This document shows, in pieces, positions 34,445 through 50,632 of a stretch of 62,316 bases of DNA. Both the position numbers and the translations under genes were made by a program. The stretch covers positions 62,001-124,316 of the forward strand of contig JALAGF010004023.1 of assembly GCA_030167865.1 (NCBI GenBank), read 5' to 3'. This DNA is from Craspedostauros australis (Eukaryota). Below the pieces are notes generated by a model that saw only the letters and a list, made by a program, of their open reading frames with translations, searched no databases and was not told where the DNA came from. Each line of letters begins with the position of its first letter. Position 1 is the stretch's first letter.

Positions 34445-35419
34445 ATGAAGACCGCCGTCCTCGCATCCCTCATCGCCTCCGCTGCTGCGTTCGCACCAGC
34501 CTCCAAGCCAGCCCGTGCCTCTGTCGCCGTCCAGGAGACCAAGGCCGATCTTGAGGCTTTGGCCCAGAAGCTCAACCCAATCGTCGGTTACTACGACCCA
34601 CTCAGCCTTGCTGATGCCGATTTCTGGGGCCTTGGCAACGAAGCCACCATCGGCTTCCTCCGCCAGTCTGAGATCAAGGTACGCCATGCAACGACCGAAC
34701 CATTGTCTGGGTATACCACTCAATGCACCTCCAAGCAAATCTCATCCTCTTCATGTTTTCACGCACTTTCATTTCCCCTCCTTCCCGCGCATGCGCCGCC
34801 ACGCAATTGTGTGCCCCCAATGACCCACCTGTTCCATCGTTATCGTCATCGCCATCGTCATCGCCATCGTCATCGTGAACAACACTGAACATCCAAATGA
34901 CAACAGCACGGACGTGTCGCCATGGCCGCCTTCGTTGGATACATCGTCCAATCCAACATCGTCTTCCCATGGGCCCAAACCACCGCTGGTGCCGCCCACC
35001 CATCCCCAGACCTTCTCCCAGAGGAGCAGTGGGATGCCGTCCCACTCGGTGCCAAGTGGCAAATCTTCGTCGTCATCTCGGCCCTCGAGCTCTGGGACGA
35101 GTGCGGAGGTGGCTACCTTCCACACTACACCAAGGGCCGCAAGCCAGGTGAGTTCCCAAAGTTCGACCTCTTCCGCGACAACGTCCACTTCGTCCTCGAC
35201 TTGTATGATCCACTTGGTTTCAACAAGAAGATGTCCGACGAGGTCAAGGAGCGCCGCCTGGTCGCCGAGATCAACAACGGCCGTCTTGCCATGCTCGGAA
35301 TCTTCGGATTCGTCTCCGCCGACAAGGTCGAGGGATCCGTCCCACTCCTCGGAGACATCGCCTCCCCATACAGCGGAGACATCATGGTTCCATTCGAGGG
35401 ACAGTTCTCCTACTTCTAA
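34445..35419 (+). CDS. Fucoxanthin-chlorophyll a/c light-harvesting protein (Lhc; probably Lhcq-type); 2 exons
   Basis: Exons 34445-34678 and 34907-35419; intron GTACGC...CAG, 228 nt, phase 0. Signal MKTAVLASLIASAAA-FAP; YYDPL, FLRQSEIKHGRVAM, AEINNGRLAM; subfamily guess from QWDAVP..AKWQI and HYTKGRKPG. Confidence 0.96.
34835..34877. repeat. (CATCGT/CATCGC)n hexamer tandem repeat in the Lhc intron
   Basis: catcgttatcgtcatcgccatcgtcatcgccatcgtcatcgt read directly. Confidence 0.8.
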
Positions 35420-35984
35420 ATCCGTCTCATTCGTGAGATGGACCGGAGTGAGGGCAGGACGATCCGCATGGGGCACGTGCTACTGAACCAGCGATTGGCT
35501 GGCGCAGATGTGATCCATAACGAACCGTTGTCACCCCTCGTGATCTGCAATCGGACCGACCCATGCTCTCCCGTGCATGGTACAATCAGGATTGCGGATG
35601 AAGCACCCAAGACCGAACTTCGAAACGAGCTGGGATGAAATCCGACGTGCGCCCCCCTTTGTGGGCGTGCTCTGGCCCGGCGATGGAGTAGTAGTAAGGA
35701 CACCATGTATAAATCCAACTTGATGCTTCACACTTGCCAGCCGTCTTTTTCTCTCGCAGCCTCCTGTTGTGCTTGTTTGTTGTCCAATGCTTCGCGAAGT
35801 ATCCGGAGTACCACGAAGGCGAGGAGTTTGACACACTTTGCTGTTTGTGGTGCGTATTTCTGCTTCGTCGGAGTATGGCCAGTTTGCGTATCCGCATCAG
35901 TTCTTGTAGCACAGAGAGCTGCGCAACGCTCTGCCAGACTGCCGTCTTTATTGCTTCACTGCAATTACTTCATCATCCTCTGCT

Positions 35985-37304
35985 TCAGTGATCGCCCGTA
36001 CGTAAGTATGTGGAGACGGCTTTCATGTGCGATGGTGAGCACCCGCAGCATCCTCCGACCACGGTCGCACCGCTGTCCACCCACTGTTTCACATGTCGAC
36101 AGTAGGCTTCCGGCAGAATGCAACCACCCGCATCGAAGTCCTCCTTGTCGACCGATGGCAAAGCAGACATATCTCGATGGCTGTTGCGAACTGAGGGAGT
36201 GTCTCCAATCTCTGTTGCGCTCGCTGCTGCGCTCTCTGCCTTGACGTCTTTGTCATCATGAACTGCTGCAGCTGCGTTGTCCTTGCCACGATCACTTTTA
36301 CCGTCGGTGTCGTCTTCGCCTGTCAACGATTCCAGCCACTCTGACGTCGTTGTTTGGAATGCATTTCCGTATGCCAACACTCGTGGAGTCGCAGGGAGAC
36401 GATGCGTTGTGGCCAGGGTTGGTACTTCGTTTGCCAGCAAAGCGACAGCGGCAGATATGGTTGGCGGAGACGAACAGTTGACACCGATGCAATCGATGGC
36501 CACGATATCTTCATCGATGCTCTGTTTCTCAATGCCAAGAGTCGTTCCTCCGCCATCGCGCTTTCTTTCATCGTTGATGCTGGTAACGCAGGCAAAGCAT
36601 TCGCTGACCGCCGATGACAACGACTCGCCCGATCGGAGACGGCAGGTCAAATCATCATGCAGCGTGAAGGAGAGAAACAACTGGGGGCGCATTCCGTTGT
36701 GCCCTTTGGACGTCGGCGCATGCGCATCATGTTTGGACGCTCTCACCTGATCAACCGCTCGGATGACAGCGAGCGCTTCTCGTGTTGTGGACATGGTCTC
36801 GGCCAGCAGGATGTCGACCCCCTCATCCCACAGGGTGTGAATAATGCGCCTGTAATCCGCTGTGAGGCGTGCCGTGTCTTGGGGAATCAGCTCTGGCTTG
36901 TAGCACTCATACAACGGAGGCACGCAGCCCGCAATGAGAAACGTTGGCGACCCAGCTTCATCCACCGTGGCAATCGCGTGGCGTGCACATTTGACAGACG
37001 CCGACACGAACTCCAATGTCCTCGACCAGATCGCTCGCGAGAATTCCTCGTCGCTGTGCTCGCTCGCATCTAGCACAGCCATGCTGGTTGTCAGATCCTC
37101 CCGAATCCGTTGTGGAATGGCAACGAAGCTGTTGGTAGTGATCACGTTGCACCCGGCCCGCAGGAAGTCCCGATGGACCTGCGACACAGCTTCCGGCTGT
37201 TGCTCGTTGGCGAACATGCCTGCCAGGAAGCTGCCATCCGTCACAATTCCTCTCTGTTTCAGCTCGTGCCCTGTCCCACCATCAAGCAAGAGGATGCGTT
37301 CCAT
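35985..37304 (-). CDS. Homocysteine S-methyltransferase family protein (HMT/BHMT, Zn-binding)
   Basis: LLLDGGTGHEL, VHRDFLRAGCNVITTNSF, GVDILLAETMS, IGVNC, VGGCCGCSPSH (three Zn-ligand Cys); intronless 439 aa. Confidence 0.9.
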   Translation of the reverse strand: MERILLLDGGTGHELKQRGIVTDGSFLAGMFANEQQPEAVSQVHRDFLRAGCNVITTNSFVAIPQRIREDLTTSMAVLDASEHSDEEFSRAIWSRTLEFVSASVKCARHAIATVDEAGSPTFLIAGCVPPLYECYKPELIPQDTARLTADYRRIIHTLWDEGVDILLAETMSTTREALAVIRAVDQVRASKHDAHAPTSKGHNGMRPQLFLSFTLHDDLTCRLRSGESLSSAVSECFACVTSINDERKRDGGGTTLGIEKQSIDEDIVAIDCIGVNCSSPPTISAAVALLANEVPTLATTHRLPATPRVLAYGNAFQTTTSEWLESLTGEDDTDGKSDRGKDNAAAAVHDDKDVKAESAAASATEIGDTPSVRNSHRDMSALPSVDKEDFDAGGCILPEAYCRHVKQWVDSGATVVGGCCGCSPSHMKAVSTYLRTGDH

Positions 37305-38048
37305 GATTTCAAGGCGTGGTCAGTATTGCTTGCTTGTCAATTGAATGGACTGCATACATGCATGCATGCATGCATACATGTATGGTACAGAGCGATGCGA
37401 TGACACGCAGTTGCGTTTTGTTTTGGAGTATGCTCGTCGTGAGGTTGGCGCCTTGAGGCGTGGTTGGATGGCGTCACGCGTGTGCGCAGATGGCAAGAAG
37501 GAAGGACACTTGCGAAGCGGCGGTTTCGATTGCGGTTGTGACCTGGTCGCGTTTCCTTGCGTTCGGGTTCTGTTTGGTTCTGATGTCCAAGTTCTCATGT
37601 CTGGAATGAGCACGATTCGTATATACCACGATATATGTATACAAATAAACATAGTATACTGGAACAGATAAATATACTATAGGAGTTGGATCAACTTATT
37701 TGGTATACTGTTTGTATTAGATATACATTAAAACGTCTATAAGGCAACCGTATTCTGTTTTGTTTTTCGCTTTGTTCTGACGAGGCCAAATGATGTTCGC
37801 AACCACCAACACAACCAAACAATGCCAAATGGCAAAACGGCAAGAAACAAAAATGGTGCAAAACCCAACGGAATCGCGCGCCACTTTTGTACAGCGCGGT
37901 GGTAACGCGCGACCACGCGTCTTGCAGCAAGCAGCCTCCAGCATTGCTGACGCAGAGGGAGGGACATAATTTTGGCAACAGACCAAAGCAGCACAGCCCA
38001 ACAGCGACCCAACAGTGTAACCCGACAAGGAAACGACAAGGAAGAAAG

Positions 38049-42081
<4,033 letters not shown>

Positions 42082-42832
42082 ACTCCAACCCATCTTGGAG
42101 TCTCATCTTCATCTGACAACGGCTCACTGGGTGGCTGGTGGCTTGACTGGCAGCTTGACTGGGTTGAATGTGTCATGATTGAATGCCTATTCGTCATGAA
42201 TCAATTAATTTGGCTTGCTTTACAAACAACACCATTCGTGTATTTGCGAGTACTGCTGCTCTCATGAGAAACAAGATTGTGTGGCATGGTATGTGTGCGA
42301 CCAAGACAAATTAAATCCACTCTTCTCCACCACGCCGCACAATACCACAGCATACGAGGAGACTTTTACTCTGCAACGCTCTTGTTGGTGTCACACACCC
42401 TTTCGCACCGTATAGTAGGATGGCCTAGTGCCTGTTCATTGTCGTACGCGCACTCAACAGAGAGTATCTGTGAAAGGATCCCGAGTGTCTGTTGTGCTAC
42501 GTCAAGAGCGGCAATCGTGTGAACAATTGTGTAGGCAGATTATTTCCGGTCTCCAAATTGGTCCTCATGTTGCACGGAATGCTGCCACGAGTACGAGTAC
42601 AATAGGCGCTACTATTACTTGCTTTCTACTCGTATGTGGATGGAGTATGTAGGTCTGTTTACATTCAGATATCGAGCACGAGCACGAGTTGTAGAGTACA
42701 GAATATAGTGTCATTGCAATGACACTGGGTCGTGTTCGTGTCGAATGGAGTAGAATTGGGGGTGGTTGTTTGCATGTTTCCATGGCTGTCGACGGCTCAA
42801 CCGTCCAGACCGCCCACATGTTGCTTTGACAT

Positions 42833-44161
42833 CTACCGCGGTGGCCGTTTGAGCATGCCCAGTCGCTTCTTGAGATTGGACGTGTGCTGCGATGATTTGG
42901 AACCGCCAGGGATCTTCATGCGTTTGCCATTGCCCAAGGCAACGACGGTCGGCTTGCTGCGACGCTTGCTGCTGGGCTTCGATGCCGACGCGAAGGCAAC
43001 GGCCGCGCTGAATCCGCCACCGCGTGTAGCAGGCGCGGGTGCGGCAGCTCTTCGGTTGGGCGGGGGTGGCTGTCTGCGCGAGGATGTGACGCTGGACTCC
43101 ATTCGAAGCTGTTGCATCTTGCTGGTTCCGGAAGTCGACGGGATGTTGGGCCCTCCGAATCTGCTCTGGCCCGAGCGACTGAGGATGGCGTTGTGCCTCG
43201 CCCTCGATGGTCGCACCTTGACGATCTGGCGCCGGTTCTGATTGAGCTTCTTCCTTCTCTCGCGCATGCGCGCTCCCTGGTTGGATTTCTGCTCTTCCTC
43301 GTAGGCATGCAGCGAGGCAAAGAGCTGTCTCCACGATGCGCACTTTTCTGCCAGCTTCAAACCCTTGTCGATCTCCACCTGCTCGCTGGGCACCGCGCTG
43401 CGCTTGCCCTGGCCGCCGTCATGGGTCGTGCTCGATTTGACACCGCTCTGCTCTGCGATGGTCATCCACCGTTGCAACACTGTCCGCAACTGCTCCTCAG
43501 GTGACCTCTGCCTGCGACCACCATCGTCATCATGCCCGTCGGGATACACCTTCGCATAATTCTTAAGAAACTTCTTGACGGTGACACCGATCTTGGTCGA
43601 GGTGAGGAGCGCGACATTCATGGGCGTATTCTCCAGCATCTTGACGGCGTTCCAGAACCTGTCATCGAACTGCCCCTTCTTCTCCTTGAGCCTGGACGTG
43701 ACGATCTTGCCGCCGCCCTGAATGCGCTCCACCAACGTCGGCCACGGGTACATGAGCTCCGGCGGCCTCGCCACGCCACCGGCCTTGAACTTGTGCTCCA
43801 CGCAGTCCTTCCACACCATCTTGTCGACCATGCTGCTCTCCGCAAGATGCGGATACCTGGCCTCGATCTGGGTCATGAACTTGTAGTTGATCGCCGGCAC
43901 CATGCGTCCCGAACCGTCCAGACCGCCCGTGCCCTTTTGCGGGCGCGTCTTCTTGTGCTTGAGGCGGATGATGTTCTCCCATTCGCTCTCGTCCAGGATG
44001 CCGAATGCCTCGGGAGGGAAGCGCTCCATGCTGTCCACGATCACTCGCCGGCAGGCCTCCGCCAGCGACGATGCGGCACCCGGCCATGAGCGTTCGTTGT
44101 TGCCGCTGCTGCTCTTGTCCGACAGCATCTCCAGCATGTTGATGGGGTGTTGCGACGCCAT
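42833..44161 (-). CDS. Elongin A-like protein containing a TFIIS N-terminal (TND/Med26)-like domain
   Basis: 442-aa ORF; BC-box-like SSLAEACRRVI; IEARYPHL...DKMVWKDCVEHKF; TND-like LENTPMNVALLTSTKIGVTVKKF...VLQRW; SWRQLF followed by a coiled coil. Confidence 0.65.
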   Translation of the reverse strand: MASQHPINMLEMLSDKSSSGNNERSWPGAASSLAEACRRVIVDSMERFPPEAFGILDESEWENIIRLKHKKTRPQKGTGGLDGSGRMVPAINYKFMTQIEARYPHLAESSMVDKMVWKDCVEHKFKAGGVARPPELMYPWPTLVERIQGGGKIVTSRLKEKKGQFDDRFWNAVKMLENTPMNVALLTSTKIGVTVKKFLKNYAKVYPDGHDDDGGRRQRSPEEQLRTVLQRWMTIAEQSGVKSSTTHDGGQGKRSAVPSEQVEIDKGLKLAEKCASWRQLFASLHAYEEEQKSNQGARMRERRKKLNQNRRQIVKVRPSRARHNAILSRSGQSRFGGPNIPSTSGTSKMQQLRMESSVTSSRRQPPPPNRRAAAPAPATRGGGFSAAVAFASASKPSSKRRSKPTVVALGNGKRMKIPGGSKSSQHTSNLKKRLGMLKRPPR

Positions 44162-44741
44162 TGTTCCAACGATTGTGCTGTAGTCCTATTAGTAGAATAT
44201 TATATTATAGTTCTTGTGTGTGTGCTTCCGCCAATAGGAGTATCCGCGCTCGTACTATGAGGAGGACAGTGTCTTGTGATGGAGGCATTGTTCTGGGTGG
44301 GTCTGGACTTGTGTCCTCGAGACAAGATGGAGTCGCTTTTTGTGCCGTTTTCGTTTCAATCGTGCTTCGTTTCGTTTCGTTTTCTCCCTCCACGATCGTG
44401 GGCAGCGGCTGGTGGCTTCCCTCTACACTCCTCCCAACACTACGTGGAAACTACCGAAATCGTGTTGCATTTCGATGGAGCAAACGGTGCTGCGGAGTGT
44501 TCGGCACAGGCGTATAATACTATTGATGGTGAGGAAGTGATAGGATTTGCTAAAACACCCGTGTGTCGTTTTATGTTCATGTTGAGTATGTTCGTGTGTT
44601 GTTCTTCCCCTTGGTCCCCATGTTGTGAAGTATCTGGCTGTTCCTGTTCAAGTTCCTGCTTGATGGCATGCCCTGCCTTTCCCTGGCCTCGTTGTCTCTT
44701 CGATACGAGGTCGATGCGTCATCATCATCATTCCCATTGAA

Positions 44742-47676
44742 CTACTGGAAGTGATGGAAACCCATGTGCTCGGGGCCTCTTGCGACTTGCGAAAGACGTG
44801 AGACCGACTTCTTCGTCGCAGCTGGACTTCCGATGGCAAGTGGAGACTTGATGCATGCGTCGATATGATGCAGCGATTGGTCTATTTCCAGGCTCGGGTG
44901 GAAGTTACATAGCGGACTCTTGGGAGTGTTCAGGACACTCGACGGGAAGAGCAGGTCATCAGCTTCCATGCCGCGGCTGCGTTCTCGTTCGCGACCGGAT
45001 CCGGTGACGAGGCCTGATTTGATCTTGCATGGAGTTCCGAAAATCGAGCCATCCCTGGGCGTGGCTGCCCCGAGTGTTGATGTCGAACCGTCACCGGTGA
45101 GTTGCTTTGCAGATCCCTCTGCACCCTGCGGCTCATCGTCGTGCCCAGCATCAATATCGTCCTTGAAGAAGACTCGTGGTGTGCAGCCGCGCCCAATCGC
45201 CGACAGCGGCTGTCTAGGCGATCGCAAAGCAGATCCCTTCAGCATGGTAGGAGTCACAGCACCCTTCGAGGCGGTCAGGCACTCTCGCAGGAGCTTGGCG
45301 TCATCTCCTTCCCACCCTGGGGTTCCCCATCCACCTCCGCCAAGCAGTGGGTTTGGTGTCAAGGTGATGGCATTGCTTCGTGCCATCGGAGTGGTTCGGA
45401 GTGGGCTCAGCGACGACATGTCGCCGATGGAAGCCTTGGACCCTGGTGTTCCCAACAGCTTCGACATCGGCGTGGACATCCTGTCCATTGGAGATGGCGG
45501 CGGAAGAGTTCCCATGGCTGCTTTTTTCGTTTGTTCGATTGTGTACCATATCATGGTGTATGCATAGATGACATTGTCGCGTATGGAGATGGCGAATACG
45601 AGTATGGAGAGGAGAAAGAGATAAAAGAACGAATGATTGCACAGAGTGAGTTCTTGCAGTTCTGCCAACCGAGACGTTGTTGCCATCATCTGCAAGAGGA
45701 ATACATTCTGTACTTGCAAGCTCTTGTGTTCACTTACGTTTGTCGCTCGACTCCTTCATGCGCGATGCAAGAGGTGAGGTTCGCACACCGGCACGAGCTG
45801 ACAAGCTAGAGCGCGGCACGAAGGGACTTGGTTTCAGTTGTCCTGTGGCACTGCTCAATGTTGCCATTGGAGATGGCACAACCCAGCGCATTGGAAGGTT
45901 GCCGGAAAGAGGCCTTGGCCCGCTTTCGACACGGCTCGATCCGCTGCCCGTGTAGTCGCCAAGTCGCCGTCTACCGCTTGCGCCAGTTCGATCGTTGTTG
46001 TTGCCCTGCACACGGTTGTAGTTGGGAGTAGCAAAGATGGATCGTGGCTTTGGACCCTCAGAGGGACCCAGATTGCGGAGCTTGTGCTGGAACTTAGGAG
46101 GGAGCAGTGAGCGTTCCTGCGAAGAGAGGTTGAGCTCGTTCAAGGCGGTCGCGTTGCTTGCCTGGATCGCCGACTCCGCAAGCTTCCTTCTCTCCAAGGC
46201 GGACTTGTACACGCCATTGACGTAGCCGCCCTTCAGAGGCTGCAACGCCGATGACAACGCATCGAAATCATCCTTCGATGGCAGAGGCGAATGCGCGATG
46301 GAATACTTCGGTCGCTTGATAGCCGAAGCAGCGTGGTATGGGTGTAGCGCATGCATGTATCCCTTATGATCTCCCATCATCTCGTATGGTCGCTTTGATG
46401 CGTAAGCTTGCATCGTTGGAGTGGTCATGTAGGGAGCCATGGGAGCAGCAGCATGATTGTGGTGCTGTTGATGATGCTGTTGATGTGGGTGCTGATGTGG
46501 GTGCCGGTGGTGTTGCTGATGCGGATGGTGTCCGTGGTGGTGCGGCTGCTGATGTGGGTGCTGATGCAGATGTGGGTGTCCGAGGTGTCCGTGATGGTAC
46601 GCATGTGGCATCATCATGTGATGTCCATGACCGTGCATGCCATGTCCCAGCTTCTTGGACGGTATCAACGACGCCTGCGTTGCGACCAGAGCACCCTCGA
46701 TGTCGTCAGCGATCTTGTATCTACCATTCTCATCGATGAGCACTGCATCCTTCCCAAGCCTCTCGCGCAAGTACTTTTCAAGCTTCTTCTTCATCGAGGA
46801 GTTCCAGTGGTTCTTGATGGCATTGTCAGTCCGTCCCGCGAGGTTTCGTGACATGTCCGCCCACTTGTTGCCAAGTCTGACGTGCGTTTCGAGGATGACA
46901 CGATCTTCGTGCACGGTCCATGTTTTTGACTTGTTGATGTCAGGGTTGAGATGGTTGTGCCATCGTTCCCGGCATTGCTTGCCTGTGCGGCTCTTCAGTT
47001 CCGCTGCGATGCGGCTCCACTTTTTGGGTCCGTTGATGCGTACCATCTCCACGATAGTTCTGTCTTCTTCCTTCAACCACGGCCCCCTGCCTTTGCCCCA
47101 ATGGAGAAATTCGTACCTCGCTTTGCACTCTGCAGCATCTTTTCCATCGATGTTCATCGACAGTGCCACGCGCGACCAGTCAATCTCCACCTGCTGCGAT
47201 TGATCCTTCATCTTCTTTCGGCTGCCCTTCTTCCGCGAAGAAACAACTTGCTTCAGGCGTTTATCCTGTTGAGGTCGTCACACGGGTACGGTGGGGAGTT
47301 GCAAGTGCGCAAAAGACGACAGGATGGTGAGGTTGGTATCGTATCTGCAGCAACCATGCATCTCTGCAGCACTCTCGCGAAGCTCCAACATGCTCATCAT
47401 CACGAACGACAACAAGGCAACGATGATGCAACTTACTTCCGCTTCGGACCATTCTGTTCTCGTCCATTTTGGTGCAAATTCCTCATCGTTCGCGTTGCGT
47501 TTCGTCTTTCTGGTGCTCTTGCTGCCTGCTTTCGATTTGATCCTCCCGCTGCTGTTGCTGTTGCTGCTGCTAACGGAGCCCGTCGATGGTATCGTGTTCT
47601 CGTTTGTGCGTTCGGACACCATTCCAATGGTTCTGCCGTTGCTGAATCCGATCGGAGATGTTGCTGGTTGGCTCAT
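44742..47676 (-). CDS. Three-repeat MYB transcription factor (MYB3R/B-Myb-like); 3 exons
   Basis: Exons 47676-47437, 47265-45738, 45517-44742; introns GTAAGT...CAG (phases 0 and 1). Degenerate R1 (WSEAEDKRLK...DWSRVA...ECKARY), R2 (GPWLKEED...[16 protein letters not shown]), R3 (WTVHED...[13 protein letters not shown]); His/Gln tract; many S/T-P sites in C-terminus. Confidence 0.9.
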
Positions 47677-48592
47677 GGTGTTGAGTTGTGGAATACGGAT
47701 GTTTGGTTGGTTGGATGCTTCTTGCTTGATTGTTGTGGCACGATGGCTGAATGTCAACTTCGTGCTCTCGCAGCATTCAAGTCTTCACAAGTATGGTCCT
47801 AAGGAAACAATGGCAAACAACCGATGGGAATGCATGTACACCAAGTTCGTTTGTTCGTTCGTTCGTTCGATTGATGACGACGATTATGACTGCGATGCTT
47901 GTGCCGATGGCGGTAATGGGCTGTGCGTTTCGGTCGTGTCCTGAAGTTCAGCGATGCCTTTGGTTGCCGATGTTCAGTTGGGTGTGGGATGTTTGCGTTT
48001 GGTTGCGTGGCAAATTAATGATGTGATGGCGATGATAACGATGATGGCGATGCTATTCATGGGGGGATGATGGATCGAGGAAAATGTCCCAGGAGGCGAG
48101 AGACCCCAAGAGGAATGGCACGATTTGAACGAACTTTGTGGCAACAGGCGAAGTTTGAATTGGTCCCGATTTGAACTTTAAAATTGGAACCTCCGAACTC
48201 CCCAGCATGTGTGACGACACGGGACACTAAATAAAGTTGGTGCGACATTGTCACAGGCCGCATCGTGATCGCCCGTCGGGAATAGAATAGATCGATGTAG
48301 TCATTATACTCGAACTGATCATAAAGTGAAAGTTGTTGATTTCACCCCACCTCCCATAACCACGATCGTGGAGGAGCATCTGAGACGCAAACAAAGGCAA
48401 AGGCGAGGCCAGAGGCAGAACACAACGCACTGAAGCACGGGCTGCTTGGTGCGAATGCCAACAGATCACGAACACAGACCAAGAGAGGATAGCGAGGACC
48501 GCCAATACACCCGTACACACGTACACACATACAGACATACTCGTATCTCCCAGGCAACGGATTAGACAGAACAAGAGGCAGACAAAGTGACG

Positions 48593-50114
48593 ATGGCATC
48601 CTCCGTTTCGCAAGCTCCCGCCCAGGCTGCTCCATCCGCTGAGAGCGCGCCGGTCTTCGTCGACACTCAACACGATGATACCGTCCACGATGCGCAGCTC
48701 GATTTCTACGGTTGCAAGCTGGCGACCTGCTCATCAGGTATGTACAGAGGCTGTTCCCTCTGGGACGTTCATGTCAAGCAGCGGTATGGGATTATGGCGG
48801 TGGTAAAGTCCAATCCTTTGCCGCGGACATGTCACGTCATGTCACGTCATGGGCCCATGCCGCCGATCATTTTGATGGTAGCATTCATCATTTGATGGAT
48901 GGTCATTTTGGGACAGTTCATTGGCATCCACTATACCATGTGATCGTGCTTCCTGTTGTGTCATCATTTCACTCTCAGATGCATGGTATTGGATGGTACA
49001 AGCAACTGACCAGAAGCCTTGCACCTGGATTGGTCATCAATGGTCCTTGAATGGCTGGCTTGGAATGTAACACATGTAGAGTACTCTTACACGTGGCAAC
49101 ATGAAATACCTGCTCTGCCGGTTCTATGGTGCATGACGACTTGCGATGCGGATTTGTACCCGTACTCACTCTGCACTCGTACTCACTCTGCACTGCGCTA
49201 CACTACACTACACTGAACTGCAACATATACTATAATACGTTGTACATCATGCGACAGATCGGACGATAAAGATCTACAACGTCTCGGAAACATCCTACGA
49301 GTTGACGGCGACGCTGCAGGGTCATGAGGGACCTGTGTGGCAGGTGTCATGGAGCCACCCCAAGTTTGGCGTGCTGCTGGCATCCTGCTCGTTCGATGGA
49401 TCTGTTCTCATCCACCGCGAAACCAGACCGCGCGATTGGACGCTCCTGCACGGCGCACAGTATTTGCACGCATCGTCCGTCAACGGAATCGCCTTTGCCC
49501 CGCCGGAGTTTGGATTGCATATTGCCGCAGCAAGTTCCGACGGCCGGGTTTCCATCCTGTCGCACGAGCCAGACAACAGCTGGAGCGCGGAGTACATCGA
49601 GGACAATGCATTGGGCGTCAATGCCGTGAGCTGGGCGCCATCCGGGGCCTATGTGACTGCATCTGATGACGCGGCGACACAACAGCAGCAGACCGCACGC
49701 TTGGTGACTGCAGGGTGCGACAATCAGATCCGCTTCTACCGGCAATCGTCGGAGACTGGACAATGGGAGGGAGACGCATCCGCAAAGGTCTCGAAGGAGG
49801 GCCCAACGCACTCCGATTGGGTCCGGGATGTGGCATGGGCGCCTGTCCTTGTGCCCAACCACAACATGGTCGCCTCCTGTTCGGAGGATAAGTCCGTGCT
49901 CATCTGGACCCAGGAGAATGGCTCTGGCTCCGAATGGAAGTCAACTTTGCTCAACACCTTCGATGCGCCCGTGTGGAGCGTGAGCTGGAGCTCCACGGGT
50001 CACATGCTTGCGGTCAGCAGCGGCGACAACGACGTGACGATGTGGAAGCAAGCACTCGATGGCAAATGGACGAAGATGAGCACCAGCGAAGCGGGTGGGC
50101 CCACGCAGGGTTGA
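48593..50114 (+). CDS. SEC13: Sec13 WD40 protein (COPII coat / nuclear pore); 2 exons
   Basis: Exons 48593-48737 (HDDTVHDAQLDFYGCKLATCSS) and 49258-50114; intron GTATGT...CAG, 520 nt, phase 1. GHEGPVWQVSWSHPKFG, HSDWVRDVAWAP, VSWSSTGHMLAVS. Confidence 0.96.
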
Positions 50115-50632
50115 TACTGATACAGTGCACAAGTACAGCACGAGTACTCCACGTGCTCGAGCAGAACGAACAGAGTAGCACAAGAACAATCACTGAGACG
50201 CGTGCGAAGCATAGAGTTCGACCTCATGCATTCCTCTACTCTACGTGCCAGAGCACTATTACCATACAACACTAATTCTCGTTGTGCACGCTTTCTCCTG
50301 ACGAGTACAAGTCTGTATCCGCATGTTGGCTCATTCATTCATCCATACTCGTTGGCATGTAATGCAGTGTAACGCACATCCCCACAGCGCGAACATCTTT
50401 TTGGAGTACTCGATTCTGGTCTGTGTAGGTGATACCTCTCGCTCTGTACATGGCAAGGCGACCTGGGGTGTGTGATGAACGACTCTGCTCTAAGTGATGT
50501 TACGTCACTCAGGACGATCTACTTTGGTATCTACGTAATGTAAGAGTATGGATGGATGGTATTCAATGCAATAGATGGTAGAGTACCCTGATGATGATCC
50601 TCCCCTGAAGACATGCTCAGCTCCCACGATCA

